A DNA stretch of 64,000 nucleotides from the human T2T-CHM13v2.0 reference genome, Homo sapiens: the NCBI RefSeq assembly GCF_009914755.1, contig NC_060938.1; one strand, written 5' to 3'. The translations under genes and the position numbers were made by a program. This document shows, piece by piece, positions 12,461 through 28,700 of this stretch (its first letter is position 1; every line of letters begins with the position of its first letter). A model generated the notes under the pieces. It saw nothing but the letters and a program-made list of their open reading frames with translations. It had not been told where the DNA came from and searched no databases.

Positions 12461-14194
12461 TGGAAATGGTGGGAGATTGGGGCACACTCATGTGCTTGGG
12501 GAGCAAAAATGAGGTGCGATCTCGGAGGAAACACATTGAATACTTTGGGTGGTTTTTAAACGGAATTAAAAGATAATTTAAAATATCATTGATTTTGGAA
12601 TTTCTAGACCACCATAAATACTGAAAGAGTGATATTTGGTATAAAAAATGTGAACATTTTTATTTTATAGCAAACCTATAATTCCATCATTGAATCTTAA
12701 GATTAGAAGGACTAATATGTATCACTGAATATTTTTGCTCAAATACCATATTAGTGAGTGGCAGAGCAAACCTTTGGACCCCAGACTATCAGACTCTAAA
12801 TTCCTTTCACTGTATGTCTTTGCCCCCAGACACTTTGGAAAATAATTTTAGAGCCCAAGGCCCTGCCTAGTGAGACTATGCTGCGCTAAAACCCTCCGGG
12901 GATGATAAAGATATCTCTGGCCTTTTACTCATTCACACCCTCAACCCAGGACTTTTCCTTGACCAGTTTGTAACTATTAGGAAATCCTCTTCTTTCATAT
13001 GAAGTAGAAGTTCATCTCCATGTATTAGGTACTTCAAGATTTTGATAAATACATGCAATTTCATGAGCAAAAAGAAGTTAATTTAGACATATTCTAAAGA
13101 GACGATTCTCCAACGAAATTAAAGCTCACAGGCAGATAAACCTGAATATCTCTTGCCAGACGGGTGGTTTTTTTAGCTGTCACCCAACCTAACTTTCAGA
13201 GTAGACTCTAAGGAAAAGCACCAAAATACTTTTCTGACGTTTCCATATTTAGCACAACACCACATAAAATTGCTAAATACCATATAACCACACTTACCAT
13301 CCTGGGGCCTATAAATTCTGAATTCAGACACTTGATTACAAACCACAAAATGACTCTGTTTAAGAAATAGTACGTGGGATTGCAAGAGAGCTGCCCCTAT
13401 TTAGATGTTCTTCTGGTTATTAACTTAGTAACATGGGCTTTTTTCCCCCCTCTCTTCCTTCTCAATCCTTCGACCATGGCTGTCATCTCCAATTTCTGGT
13501 ACAGTTGCATGAGTATTGGGGGGGTATGCCTGCAAGAGATGGGCGAGCATTTTCTGCTATAATTATAGTCCAAAAGGAAAATAAGCACATACGTTTTTGG
13601 TTTCGCAGTAAAATTCCATAGCAAAACAGGAGTCAATCAGCAAGTTTTGGGAAGGCGAATGTAGGATTGAAAATTCCCTTCTACCATCTAGGGGTAGCCC
13701 AGGCACCACTGTGGTGTTATTTTTCTCTCTACTCAGTTGCGAGGTCACCCTTGCTCTCAGGATTCATAAGCCATCCTTGTCTGTTCCATAGCTATACACC
13801 CATATCTAACCAGACCCATTAGGCACATTAAACAGTAAATAATGAGAATCACAATCTCGATATTTTTTTCCTTTATAGAAATAAAACCATTAGCTAAGCC
13901 AGTGGAGGGCACTCACCCCCTAACAGGGAAATACCTCAGAAGCACACAGAAGTCACCTTCCTGCTAACCAGAGCTTCCCTTACCTTTTACCAAGGCTGCT
14001 ACTTCTAATACACTTGTTTAAATAGATTAGGAAATTATAAAATTTAGAACTGCTTAAATATTATTGATGACAGAATTTTGACTTTTAAATATAAATTCCT
14101 CATTTTATCCCTCTATGATAGTAAATGCCACCTCTTCTTGTAACCCAGAAGCCATGCCCCAACACTATGAAGAATTCTTTAATAATTTTAGAAA

Positions 14195-14390
14195 CCCACG
14201 TTGAGACTTTACCAAGTTCAAGAGATATGCTAAATGCTTTACAATGCCTTACCTAAATCTTAGGAATTAGATACTGTTATCTGCATTTTCAGCTAAGAGG
14301 ATTGTGAATGAAAACAGTTCTATATCTTAAGTAAAATCATAGAATTATGCGACAGAGACAGAATTGCATTCGTCCCCTTAACCACTGTAC
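14195..14390 (-). mobile_element. MIR fragment
   Basis: atgctaaatgctttaca..tagatactgttatctgcattttcagctaagagg. Confidence 0.55.
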
Positions 14391-14446
14391 TGGAAAACCT
14401 TTCTAGACAGACGTCCAGCCCTGAGGCTGCATACAATGAGAACTTC

Positions 14447-15021
14447 AATATCAGCCAGGGTGTGGGGAGGCAAGCAACAGATATTGACTCTGGATTGTTT
14501 CAGAAAAAAGAAAACTTAACGAGGAGCCCATAGGAACTTTGCAAAAGTTGAAAGTCCAGGCCCAGAGGTGCTGCAGTCAGGAACAATATACCAAAATTGC
14601 ACTGCAAGATGGGTCCAGGAAGGATGGCTGCAGAGCTGCTGTCACTGTGCCCTAGGCCTGCACTTAAGCTGTGATACAATGGATCTCAGACACTGGACAC
14701 AGATGCTGGCACTGCTCCTCTGTTGCCCCAAGAACTTGATCTCATCATAGCAATGGCCCTCTCTGCCAGGAAAGATTCTTCTCAATCCTTGCTTCCTTTC
14801 ATCTTTGGTCCCCTATTCAAAGATGCATTTGACTGGAGGAGCCAAGGTCACACACCCACACATGACCAACAATGGCGCCTGGGAAAGTGAGTTTGGAGCA
14901 TTTTTAGCTTCTATGTTGATAGATGTCTGTACCTCCCACCAAAACCGACAAAGTAGATATTGCCAAATGGAGGTGAGGTTTAGATGCATGGCAGCCAGAA
15001 GGAATAATAGATTCCTGCTAC
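14447..15021 (-). mobile_element. Old MaLR LTR (MLT1K-like)
   Basis: gcaagcaacagatattgactctgg..gcatttgactggaggagccaaggtcac..ggtttagatgcatggcagcc..cctgctaca. Confidence 0.75.
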
Positions 15022-15547
15022 ACCTGAGAACTAGAGTGGCAAGATTTCTAGCACCATATAATTTACTCCTTCATCCACATGAGTATAAGATGCTCCTCCC
15101 CTCAGCCCTGTGATTCTCAGATCATCAGTATGTATATATCAGGGCTTGTGGTTCACCAGAGTGTTCTGTGGACTATGAGTGGTGTCATCAGAGATCCTGA
15201 GTCATGCATAGCTACTATTTAAAAAGAAGATAGAAAAAAATTTTTAGTACTTGTGAAAGCTTGGTGCTGGTGAATCAATGCTCTGTGGATTGAGGCTAAA
15301 GAACACTGTGTCCAGAGTAACTGCATTTTGGATGAAAAATAAAAGGGCTTCTGTAAACTCGTAATTATTCTTCTGGTTGTGTTCATGGTAAATGCCAACA
15401 GTATGGATGTCAGCTTCTAACTCAGCCAATTTGTTGACCAGATCCAGTTTATATTTACCAGAACTCATCTCCCAGAGTTCCTCCACGATAAAAGAGAAAG
15501 AAGAGGAATATCTTTATTAGAGGAAGGATAATACATCTTGCCTGGTG

Positions 15548-16068
15548 TGGAAATCTGTTGTGCTTCTTCGCTCTGCTTTCATTCTTTCTTCTTTCATTAA
15601 TACCATAGTAAGCCTTTGGCAATGACCCAGCTCTGCTGGTTCTAGGGATATCCATGTGACCAAGATTTAGATTATGAAAATACCTGTATATAGTGACTGG
15701 TTCAGGGAAGGGCATGTGATACAGAACATCCTAATCAGAACATTTCAGGTCTCTCACAGAACCACTGGGAAGAAGTTCTCTCCACTGAAATTGCTGAGCT
15801 GGTAGGTTGTGTCTGGAGCTTTTGATGAACAGCTTGCCCCTGTAAGGTAAGGGCCTATCTGAGAAGAGACCCAACAGAGAAACTCAAGCAGATTTTTCTT
15901 TTTTAAAATTGAATACTTAGAACATAATTTTAACGCCCAGATCAAGCCAGGTTCAGAGCCAATAACCTTGGGCTTTTCAATTACATGAGCTTATAAATTT
16001 CTTTTCTCTCTTACACCAGTGTGAATTGGGTTTCCTATCACATGCAACCAAAGAATCGTAGCCAATTG
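15548..16068 (+). mobile_element. Old MaLR LTR (MLT1K/L-like)
   Basis: agtgactggttcagggaagggcatgtga..ttttcaattacatgagc..gaattgggtttcctatcacatgcaaccaaagaatc. Confidence 0.75.
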
Positions 16069-17009
16069 ACCCACCTTATTTATTTATGCAGTTCTGGGCT
16101 GCGTTGGTTAAAGGAAGAAACCCAATAACTAGTTGTCTGAATGCTGTAGAAGAGAATCATGGTTTGGGTAGAGAATTAGTTTAAATGTTTTCTTCGAAAC
16201 TTAAGAGTCTAGGATTGTATGAATAAAGACAAATTGGAAGCATTTGGGAAAATACATTAGATGCTGTCTCAGAAAAAGATAATGATGGGATTGCCATTTA
16301 GCACAACAAAAAACATCACCCAAATTAGGTTGGTAACTATTTTAAGTTCCATTTAGCTTCTCGTGGTAATGCTTTTCATAAGTACTTTGTAATTTCTAAG
16401 TTTGTGAGGCTTAAATAATTACGTAATTACTTTGCAACAACCACAGAGTTCTATTTGGTTCAGCAGCTACTTTAAGCCATGTTAAGTTTTTCATTATAAA
16501 TTATATTACATTTAGTACATAATTTATAGTTTCTGTGACAAGAATAACCATATCATGCAACTATTCTGTAATGGCATAGCAATTACTCTCATATTGTGGT
16601 AACTTCCAGTGGAGTGGATATTTCTTCTGTAATTACAGAAATGATAACATCAAATCTAACAATTTCTTGGTGATAACATTTATAAATACAAATTCAACTA
16701 TAATTCATTGGCTTCTTCTTGGCCATTCTAGCTGAGCAAAAAAATAAAAATAAATGGAATAAAATGTTTTTCTGCCACTTTAATATTAGATGATATTTAG
16801 CAAGTTTGTGCAACATACTTGGAAGCAGATCCTGTGTAAGGAGATCAAAGTATATTATTTGCCTCCATTTATACTCAGGCAACAAATAGGCCTTGATCAA
16901 TTACAACAGTTCAAGATCAAGGGATTATGCAGGAAAGTTATATTTTATTGTAACATAAACCCAGTTGACAAACCACCCTGAAAGATGTGGTGTGAGAGAT
17001 AGGCTTCCG

Positions 17010-17220
17010 TATGGCCTGGAAGGAAAGTGAAAGGCACAGGATGTGGAATTAGAAACCTGAGTTTGAGTCTAACTTTGCCATTTCCTACCTAGGTGATCTT
17101 ACCAGCTGTATAATCTTTCTGAGTTTGTTTCTCTTTCTGTAAATTTGGCTTAATCGTACTTATCTCATAAGGTTTGTTGCAAAGCCAAAAAACATAATGT
17201 ATTTGAAAGGGTTATGTCAG
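17010..17220 (+). mobile_element. MIR SINE
   Basis: agaaacctgagtttgagtct..tctttctgagtttgtttctctttctgtaaa..cttatctcataagg. Confidence 0.75.
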
Positions 17221-17924
17221 GTACAAACTAAATATCAGATACTATTAAAGAAGGAAGCCGTTTGCTCTCATTCAACTTACTCGGTTTGAAATAAGATACC
17301 CTTCCTTCATATAAACTTTAATAATGAAAGATTTTTTTTAAAAAACAGTGCCTACTATGTATGAGAGGCTGCACTAATGCAAAATATTTCTCATGGTATC
17401 TCTTTCCTTTTTTTATTTTTATTTTTTTGGTACAATCTCTACTTTCTCCTATAAGGTATACTGTTTGAGGGCTTTTGCATATTAGTGAGAAGCACGCATT
17501 TTCTTAGACAAACAAGGAAAAAAAATGTAAACAAGAAGTTGTTTCTTCGCCAAAGGGTTTGGTTATGGAATACAATGCAACATTCCAATCAGCTTTCAGA
17601 AAACAAATATCTGAGTCTTATCTGGAGGATATCACTATAGTTTTTCAGGACTTGCTAGTTAAGTCTTAGGAAGCACATTTTTGGAATATAGACGGCTATT
17701 TAATCTTAGATAGGTAATTTCAGCTAGTTGATAGTCTTCAAGTCTTTAGACAGTAACTCTATACCACTTGTTAAGTTTAATTGGTTTAATATAAAGTATA
17801 ATGTGCACATACTGTTGTCTTGGATTTTACAAAGTTGTGTTTGTTATTATCAATTTAGAAATGGGGATTTTAAAGGGATATAAAGGTTTTATAGAACTTT
17901 TGTTATATGTGAATGTCTGTATTA

Positions 17925-18016
17925 ATACTACAATATATACAATTATACAATTACATATACAATTATATATTTGTATATACAAGTATATGCAATTATAATA
18001 TATACAATTATATATT
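17925..18016. repeat. AT-rich degenerate tandem repeat (tacaattata-like units)
   Basis: Repeated tacaattata/tatacaatta units. Confidence 0.75.
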
Positions 18017-18494
18017 GTAGCAGTTTTTGTGGGTTCTTAAGATGTGAATAAGGAATAAAGAATTAAATCATCTTCCTTTAAGGATGAAAGAAAAGAGCAG
18101 TATCTTTCCACGTTGATCTCTTTCCCTATCAGAGTTGAGTACTAGAAGACCTCTTGCTATAGAAGAAGCTACTTTGAATATGGCTGGACCAGGAATGTTT
18201 TTGTTTGTACGAAGAGTTGAAGAGGTTATATACTGTGTAATATCTCTAGATTCCTGATGATTCAGTAAAGTTTTCTTATTAGTTACATTTATGTATTATT
18301 TTTACAAAACTTCTGTACAAAGTACCATAAAATGGATAACTTAAACATCACACATTTTATTGTCTGACAGTTCCGGAGGTGAGAAGTCCAAAATAAAGCT
18401 GTCAGCAGGGTTGGCTCCTTCTGAAGGCTGTTCAGGCCTCTGTCCTTGGCTTGCAGATGATGTTCATGTTCACGAGGTGTTCTCCCTCTGTGTG

Positions 18495-19167
<673 letters not shown>

Positions 19168-19419
19168 GTGCCTTTATCCTAAGTTCCCCTTTTGATAAGA
19201 ACATCAATGATATTGGATTAATTGGATTAGGGCTTACTCTAATAACATAACTCAAACTTGATTATCTCTGTAAACACTCTATCTCCAAACATTCTGAGAT
19301 ACTAGAGGTAAGGATTTCAGCCTACGAATTTTGGGAAGGGGGCACAATCCAACTCCTCATAATTTCCTTTCTAACTGATGTATAAAGCGATTTCCATAGT
19401 GCAAATAGCTTGCGAATTA

Positions 19420-19532
19420 TTTTTTTCCAACAATTTCATTGACACATAAATACAATACACTGCACATATTTAAAATATACATTTTGATAAGTTTTGACAT
19501 GTCTACATGTATGAAGACATCACCACAATCAG
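19420..19532 (-). mobile_element. L1MD-like extreme 3' end
   Basis: tacactgcacatatttaaaatatacattttgataagttttgaca..catcaccacaatca. Confidence 0.7.
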
Positions 19533-21862
<2,330 letters not shown>

Positions 21863-23449
21863 CAACATTAGTATTTTTTTCATCATTAAAACATAGACAT
21901 AAAAAATAAAATAGGGCATTGAGAATTGTTACCTGTAAACAACTTTCCTTTGCTGGTTGGCAGACAGATGGTACCATCTTTTGTTAGAAACCAGAGACAA
22001 ATACATTTCAAAGATGAGTGTTTCACGTTATCCACAGGCAATGTTTCCAAGTCCAGGGGTCTCCTAGGCCTAATGGACAACACTAACAAATGTGTACTAG
22101 CTCACACTCTTCTTTCTTAATACCTTTTCAGTGTTTAACCTCAAATGAGACCTTCCCCAATCCATATCCCCCAACTTTCTATCTCTTTACAATACTCTCT
22201 TCTAATCCACAAATTGAGGTTGCTGAATTCTTAGTAAGTTCTTTAGTGCAGGAGTCAGAGTATCCATGGCTGGAAACAGAAGCATCACCTTATTGTTTGA
22301 GCTAATAGGGACATTTTCCAACTATTTTTAACTCCTATAGGTGCAACTGTTTTTATTTAACGGTCAACATTACTGTTTGTATCTAATAGATCTCTGATTA
22401 TTATCTCTATGCATGTATGACAGAGGTTTATCAGTGCATTTTCCTTTCACCAAAATGATAGAAGTACATAAACTCAAAAACAAAACCATACCATATTCAA
22501 AGCTCGTCACTGCCTCTCAAAAGTTGAAATTATTGTTACCCTGTTGGGGGAAAAGCTCATTTCACAAACTCAAGTATGCAGAAAATAAAATTTTATTGTT
22601 TTCTATTTTGAACCCAAATTCTATCAGGGTGGTAGAAACCCAATTTTGATCAGTATAGAGTTTTACCTAATTTCCCCCAAGTTACAGCCAAGTAAGAGTG
22701 CTTAGCATTATGAAGGGTCCATACAGTCCTCAATGTCATGTGTCCATGCAGATAGCCGGTGAGATATCCTTTACTCCATTTGCTCTTCTGCCACTCGTCC
22801 ACTCAGGGTATTCCAGATGTGTCGTTCTAGGTCCAGCAGTCCTCTGTGTACTTGATGCTGCTCCTGGGCAAATGATAAACATTCTGATGCTTCTGTGTCA
22901 TGATAGACCATGGAAGTTTTGCCTGAGCGTTAAGGATGCTGGCTATTTAGGATGCTGGCTATTTCTACTCTGGGTCTTGGTTGCCCAACTCTGGCCTCTC
23001 CCAAGAAATGACCCTTAAGCCTCCCTGCTCTTGGGTTGCTCCCACCTCTTCAGAGATTTTTACCACCTCTTCAGAGCTTGCTCTACACCACAATACCCAC
23101 AGCCTCATTACTTCTCTATGGGTCTTCTCTTTCGTAAGCTTCGCCTATATTTGTCTCACCTGTGTATGGTGTCTGTGTGTAAACTTCACTCTTAATATTT
23201 TCTCTCAAATCGTCTGGAGTGCCTCTTTTCAGTTCCTCTAAAAGCCTAAGCAATTGAAAGATAAAAGCCAGAAGAAAGGCTCCTTTGTTATATTCATTAT
23301 CTGAAGTAATGAGCACAGATAAGCCTAACTATTTTAAATGGAGCAAGGCAAAGGGCAAAATAAAGTGCTGAGAAAAGATTAACATTTAAAATATATTATG
23401 CCATCATAATGGTTTGCCCTCCTTTTTTACTTCTGTTATCTAATTTCTT

Positions 23450-23648
23450 TCCAGCTCTACCACTCACAAGTTATTTATATGATCTTAGGAAAGTTATTTA
23501 TCTTTTCTGTTTCTCAGTCTCCACATCTGAAAAATGGGTATAGTAGTACTGGGTTATTATAGGATTAAATGCAAACAATTATGTAAAATGTTTAGGATAC
23601 TTCTGGCACTTAGTGCTTATGAACTGTTAACTGTTAGTATAATTATTA
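23450..23648 (+). mobile_element. MIR SINE
   Basis: ccagctctaccactcac..tgatcttaggaaagttattta..catctgaaaaatggg..aggattaaatg. Confidence 0.8.
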
Positions 23649-24315
23649 GAATTCATAAGACAAGTGGCTAAAATAAAGTAAGGAAGCTGGATATTTCTGC
23701 ATGTGGTGAAACTCATAATTTGAGGTCTGGAAAAGATATTAGAGATCTCTTAGCCCAGCTTCGTCATTAACAATGCACAAAGTAAAAGTCAGCAAGATGA
23801 CTTGCCTAAGAGTAACTTATGGCTCAGGGAAGACTAGAATCTAGCCCTCTTGATTCCTGGTGAATACCACGAATACATATGAATATATTTCAATAAGAGA
23901 AAAGGCACTTAAGCGCTTGCTACTCACAACATTTTTTTCCATGTAACTAAGGGCAGCATCTAATTCACTTTTCTCTTAACAAAAGCAGTAGCCGTTTTGG
24001 TGCCAAGGAGGCTATTCGGTCAAGAGCAGTGGTGAACGCTGGTTTCCGCACATCTTAAGGTGTCAGCCCCCAAGTGTTCTGCCCCACGAGGGAAGTATGT
24101 CTGACAATATTTTATTACATTACCTTGAGCATACACTTACCCTCTCTGGTTCTCAACTTCCCTTTCTGTAGACCACAGGTGTTGGAATTAATATTGTTTC
24201 TCCAGTGATATTTCACAGAGCACCCATTTCAGAACCAAAGCAGATTCCCAGAGTCAACATCTCCAGGGTGGAGCCTGGGAGTCTGCATTGTCAACAAATT
24301 CCTTACATGATTTTT

Positions 24316-25728
24316 TTATATATATATATTTTTTATTATACTTTAAGTTGTGGGGTACGTGTGCACAACATGCAGGTTTGTTACATATGTATACATGTGC
24401 CATGTTGGTGTGCTGCACACATTAACTCATCATTTACATTAGGTGTATCTCCTAATGCTATCCCTGCCCCCTCCCCCTACCCCACAAAAGGCCCCGGTGT
24501 GTGATGTTCCCCTTCCTGTGTCCATGTGATCTCATTGTTCAATTCCCAACTATGAGTGAGAACATGTGGTGTTTGGTTTTTTGTCCTTGTGATAGTTTGC
24601 TGAGAATGATGGTTTTCAGCTTCATCCATGTCCCTACAAAGGACATGAACTCATCATTTTTTATGGCTGCATAGTATTCCATGGTGTATATGTGCCACAT
24701 TTTCTTAATCCAGTCTAACATTGATGGACATCTGGGTTGGTTCCAAGTCTTTGCTATTGTGAATAGTGCCGCAATAAACATACGTGTGCATGGGTCTTTA
24801 TAGCAGCATGATTTATACTCCTTTGGGTATATACCCAGTAATGGGATGGCTGGGTGAAATGGTATTTCTAGTTCTAGATCCCTGAGGAATTGCCACACTG
24901 TCTTCCACAATGGTTGAACTAGTTTACAGTCCCACCAACAGTGTAAAAGTGTTCCTATTTCTCCACTTCCTCTCCAGCACCTGTTGTTTCCTGACTTTTT
25001 AATGATCACCATTCTTACTGGTGTGAGATGGTATCTCATTGTGGTTTTGATTTGCATTTCTCTGATGGCCAGTGATGATAAGCATTTTTTCACGTGTCTT
25101 TTGGCTGCATAAATGTCTTCTTTTGAGAAGTGTCTGTTCATATCCTTCACCCACTTTTTGATGGGGTTGTTTGTTTTTTTCTTGTAAATTTGTTTGAGTT
25201 CTTTGTAGATTCTGGATATTAGCCCTTTGTCAGATAGATAGATTGCAAAAATTTTCTCCCATTCTGTAGGTTGCCTGTTCACTCTGATGGTAGTTTCTTT
25301 TGCTGTGCAGAAGCTCTTTAGTTTAATTAGATCCCATTTGTCAATTTTGGCTTTTGTTGCCATTGCTTTTGGTGTTTTAGACATGAAGTCCTTGCCCATG
25401 CCTATGTCCTGAATGGTATTGCCTAGGTTTTCTTCTAGGGTTTTTATGGTTTTAGGTCTAATATTTAAATCTTTAATCCATCTTGAATTAATTTTTGTAT
25501 AAGGTGTAAGGAAGGGATCCAGTTTCAGCTTTCTACATGTGGCTAGCCAGTTTTCCCAGCACCATTTATTAAATAGGGAATCATTTCCCCATTTCTTGTT
25601 TTTGTCAGTTTTGTCAAAGATCAGATGGTTGTAGATGTGTGGTATTATTTCTGAGGGCTCTGTTCTGTTCCATTGGTCTACATCTCCTTTTTGGTACCAG
25701 TACCATGCTGTTTTGGTTACTGTAGCCT
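24316..25728 (-). mobile_element. 5'-truncated primate L1 (L1PA4-like), about 1.4 kb
   Basis: Well-preserved L1PA 3'UTR (ttattatactttaagtt..catttacattagg) and ORF2 end; TSD ccttacatgattttt 24301-24315 vs ccctacacgattttt 25729-25743. Confidence 0.97.
24539..25726 (-). pseudogene. L1 ORF2p C-terminal fragment (about 395 open codons; no endonuclease or RT core)
   Basis: ORF track 24539-25399 ([42 protein letters not shown]); manual translation extends in frame upstream ([26 protein letters not shown]). Confidence 0.93.
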
Positions 25729-28700
25729 CCCTACACGATTTTTAAGCACCTGTTTGGGAATAACTGGCTCAGAAGGCTTCTAAGGATTCTTCCAGCTTTA
25801 ACATACTTCAATTCTAAATTAAAGTCCCAGACCCTGCAATCTTGCCTGAAGCTTAGTCCGGGTAGTGCTGCCCTCATCAAAAAGATGGTTGATACAACAT
25901 AAAATACACCTTCATTTCTGTAATGTTGTATTCAAAGTGAGCTTTTACTCTGAAGGTATCTAACCCCCACAAAGTTCATTTAACTCAGATTTTCCATCTG
26001 AACATAGAACTATCTCTTGTTAGGATAAATCACTGCATTCCTTCTCTAATTTTTGAAGTTCACTAGAACATTTCTATAACATAATCCTTGGGGGACCCTG
26101 GCATGAAGACTGTATTAGGTGACTGTATAGGTGACATGCTGCCCTAATGAAGTCCTTCTGATATTTCTAGCCATGTATCCCTATGGACTGGCCCCTTAGA
26201 CAGGCCTGCCTCCCCCATTTCCCCTTGTGCAGCACCAGTGGTGGTGAGATTCTGGAGTTTAGGACATTCCAGAATGTAAGGGCCCATCCGACAATTAAAG
26301 CTTGGGGTTTGGTCAGTTTTAGCTTGGAGACATGGCTGATATTTTCTGACACAGGTTTCCTCTCCTGAGGGCAAAGGGCGAGCTAATTTCTCTCTTTGTT
26401 CAAATGTTGAGCTGGATTCCAGAGACGGCCCATGCACTGCGGCACACCTGCACATCAGGGAAATTACCCTGGGACCGTTCATGACAGCACCAAGTGGCAG
26501 GGATCTTGGCTCCAGTGTCCACTGGAAAAATGGAAGCATAAGTGATATGTAAGAATCTTGGAAAGTAGATGTTTGACCTGAAATAATTGATTTGACCTTA
26601 ACATCATTCCATTGAAAAAACAAAAATAAAGCATCGACTGCAAATGAAGACCTATGGCTTGCAGTTTAAGAAATGACTGGTGCTGTGCTCTTCAGTATAG
26701 ATGTATGTTTTATGGAGGCTTTTCCAGATTAGGCATGAATTGGTTTGGTTTTTCGTCTGTACTGAAGATATTTTTAGAATTCATCTTTAATCACACTGTC
26801 TCAAAACAGTGCACAAGAGCTTCTTAACTTGCTATTGTATTGCACATGTCTTGATGTTTGTATTTTTCCTGGTATGAAACTGGGAATTATTTTTGATTTG
26901 TGCACCATTATTTGGGACTACATTCAATTTAGGAGTTGTTACTGTTAAGATTCATACAGTTGGTTACAGAGTTTGTTAGCCACTTGTTGACTTTCTAGAA
27001 CATTGTCCTTACAAATAAGCCTTGGTATAAGTCACCACACAATCTAAGAGATGTCTACAGTAATTGACACCACACTTACTTAAGTGTATAGATCCATCCC
27101 GAGCTATGACATCTTGGGCTATTGAAAAGGTATTTGTGATCTTTTAACTTAAATTCTAGAATGATTTCTTTTAGTTAGAAAACTATCACAACAACACTTT
27201 TCCCTTTGGACTTTCCTTCTCTGTGTGTATTTATGACAGTATTGCCTAGTCAGGATGAGGGGACTTACTAAATGGAGAGCAGAAAGCTGTCTGGTAAGCC
27301 CTGGTAAGCTGACCCATTCGTTTGTTCCTGACAAATATCAGGTGTTTTCTCATATGTGCTGATATAAGCTAGGAATTGTAATTATTTCTTTTTGGCTTTT
27401 AAAGACTATTTTTTAAGGTTATCCAAAAATATGGATTAAAAGTGGCCAACACAAGTACCCATCCTTGTCACAGGCACTGTGATTTTTTGCCAAAGAGCCT
27501 AGGTGAGCTTTTCTTTTCATTTGGTTAATCACCCTAAATTGGTTGTTCATCCCCCAAAGCCATTAATTACTCCAAAATACCCAATTTGCCTTTTTCACTC
27601 TCAAATTTATGACCATATAATTAATGAGCCTCTTAATTCTATGTTGTGCATTGACTTATTCAGCAGTGAAACGTGACACTGTGTTAGGATTAGATCGTTG
27701 GGTTCTTTCCAATAAATGAAACATTAGATTTCTAGAAAATTTGCTGTGGCATGTCTGAGCCAATTCAAGATTAGATGGCTCAACATGCGAATTACCCATC
27801 TGTATAATGTGTAACTACCCGTAAATCTTATCTCTTTCAACATCAGCAACTCCCTAACGCTTTTTTTTTCTTTCTATTCATCAGCTACTTCTAGGTGAGA
27901 TATGAAACTGGGCTCTTAAAAAAATTTCTGGAACAAATTTACCATGGGAACTGAGTTTAGCATCTTAGTATTCAGTTTCCCTTTGAAAAGTGAACCCAGA
28001 AATGTCTCCCTTACTTTATGTGCCCATGTATGGGTTCAGCCAGTTATCATTTTAGCTCTAGACTAAAATGGTTAGCTCTGCAAGGCTCCACATCCCGTGA
28101 ATACTTTAAAAGTACCTTTTGATCAAGTCAATAACAAACTATTATGGTGCCCATCGAATGCTTAGAAATCCTTGGAAGAAAGGACTTAAAGATAGATAAG
28201 CAATTCTGCAGTTGAAGTCTGTAACTTCTTTGTAGTTGCCAGGGCTCTTTCACTCTGGGACTGCTGATGTGGAGAAAGGTTCTCTTACTACCCAACCTAT
28301 ATTGGGTAGTAAGTGTATAGAAAGCTACACACTGAAACATGTAAGAATTCACCAAGGGGAAATTGAATTTCATTGTGAGATAAAATGTTGAAAGAAAATG
28401 TTTTCACCAAAATATTTTCTTTCCCAATTCTGTCACTGCTGGCGGTGGAGGTTTCATTTGGGTCTCCTTCAGGCTGTGTGGAGCCTGAATAATGCACTTT
28501 CAAACACAGATTCTATGTATGGGCCAATCTTTGGTTAATTTGACAATTAAGATTTTTCTTTGTTAAAACCAAATGGAAAGAAAATGGGAAACGCTGCTGA
28601 AATTTCTGTCAAATGTTGCAATTCAAGTCACTCTTTAGACAAAAATATTATTCCTTTAAAATATTTTATGTGAAATAGAAACAGTTTTGTGATAAATTTC

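Larger units (their letters stand above)
24202..25768. mobile_element. MER5-type hAT MITE split by the L1PA insertion
   Basis: gcagattccc..catctccagggtggagcctgggagtctgcatt..aacaa on the left; aagcacctgtttgggaataactg on the right. Confidence 0.65.

Noticed and set aside
14447-16068. Two MLT1 LTRs as the ends of one provirus
   Set aside because: Opposite orientations and no internal MaLR sequence between them.
24078-24098. Possible CTCF site gccccacgagggaag
   Set aside because: Lacks the GGC of the core motif.
26144-26623. 159-aa minus-strand ORF, the longest outside L1/Alu
   Set aside because: Non-ATG start, no recognisable domain, and expected by chance in a GC-richer patch.
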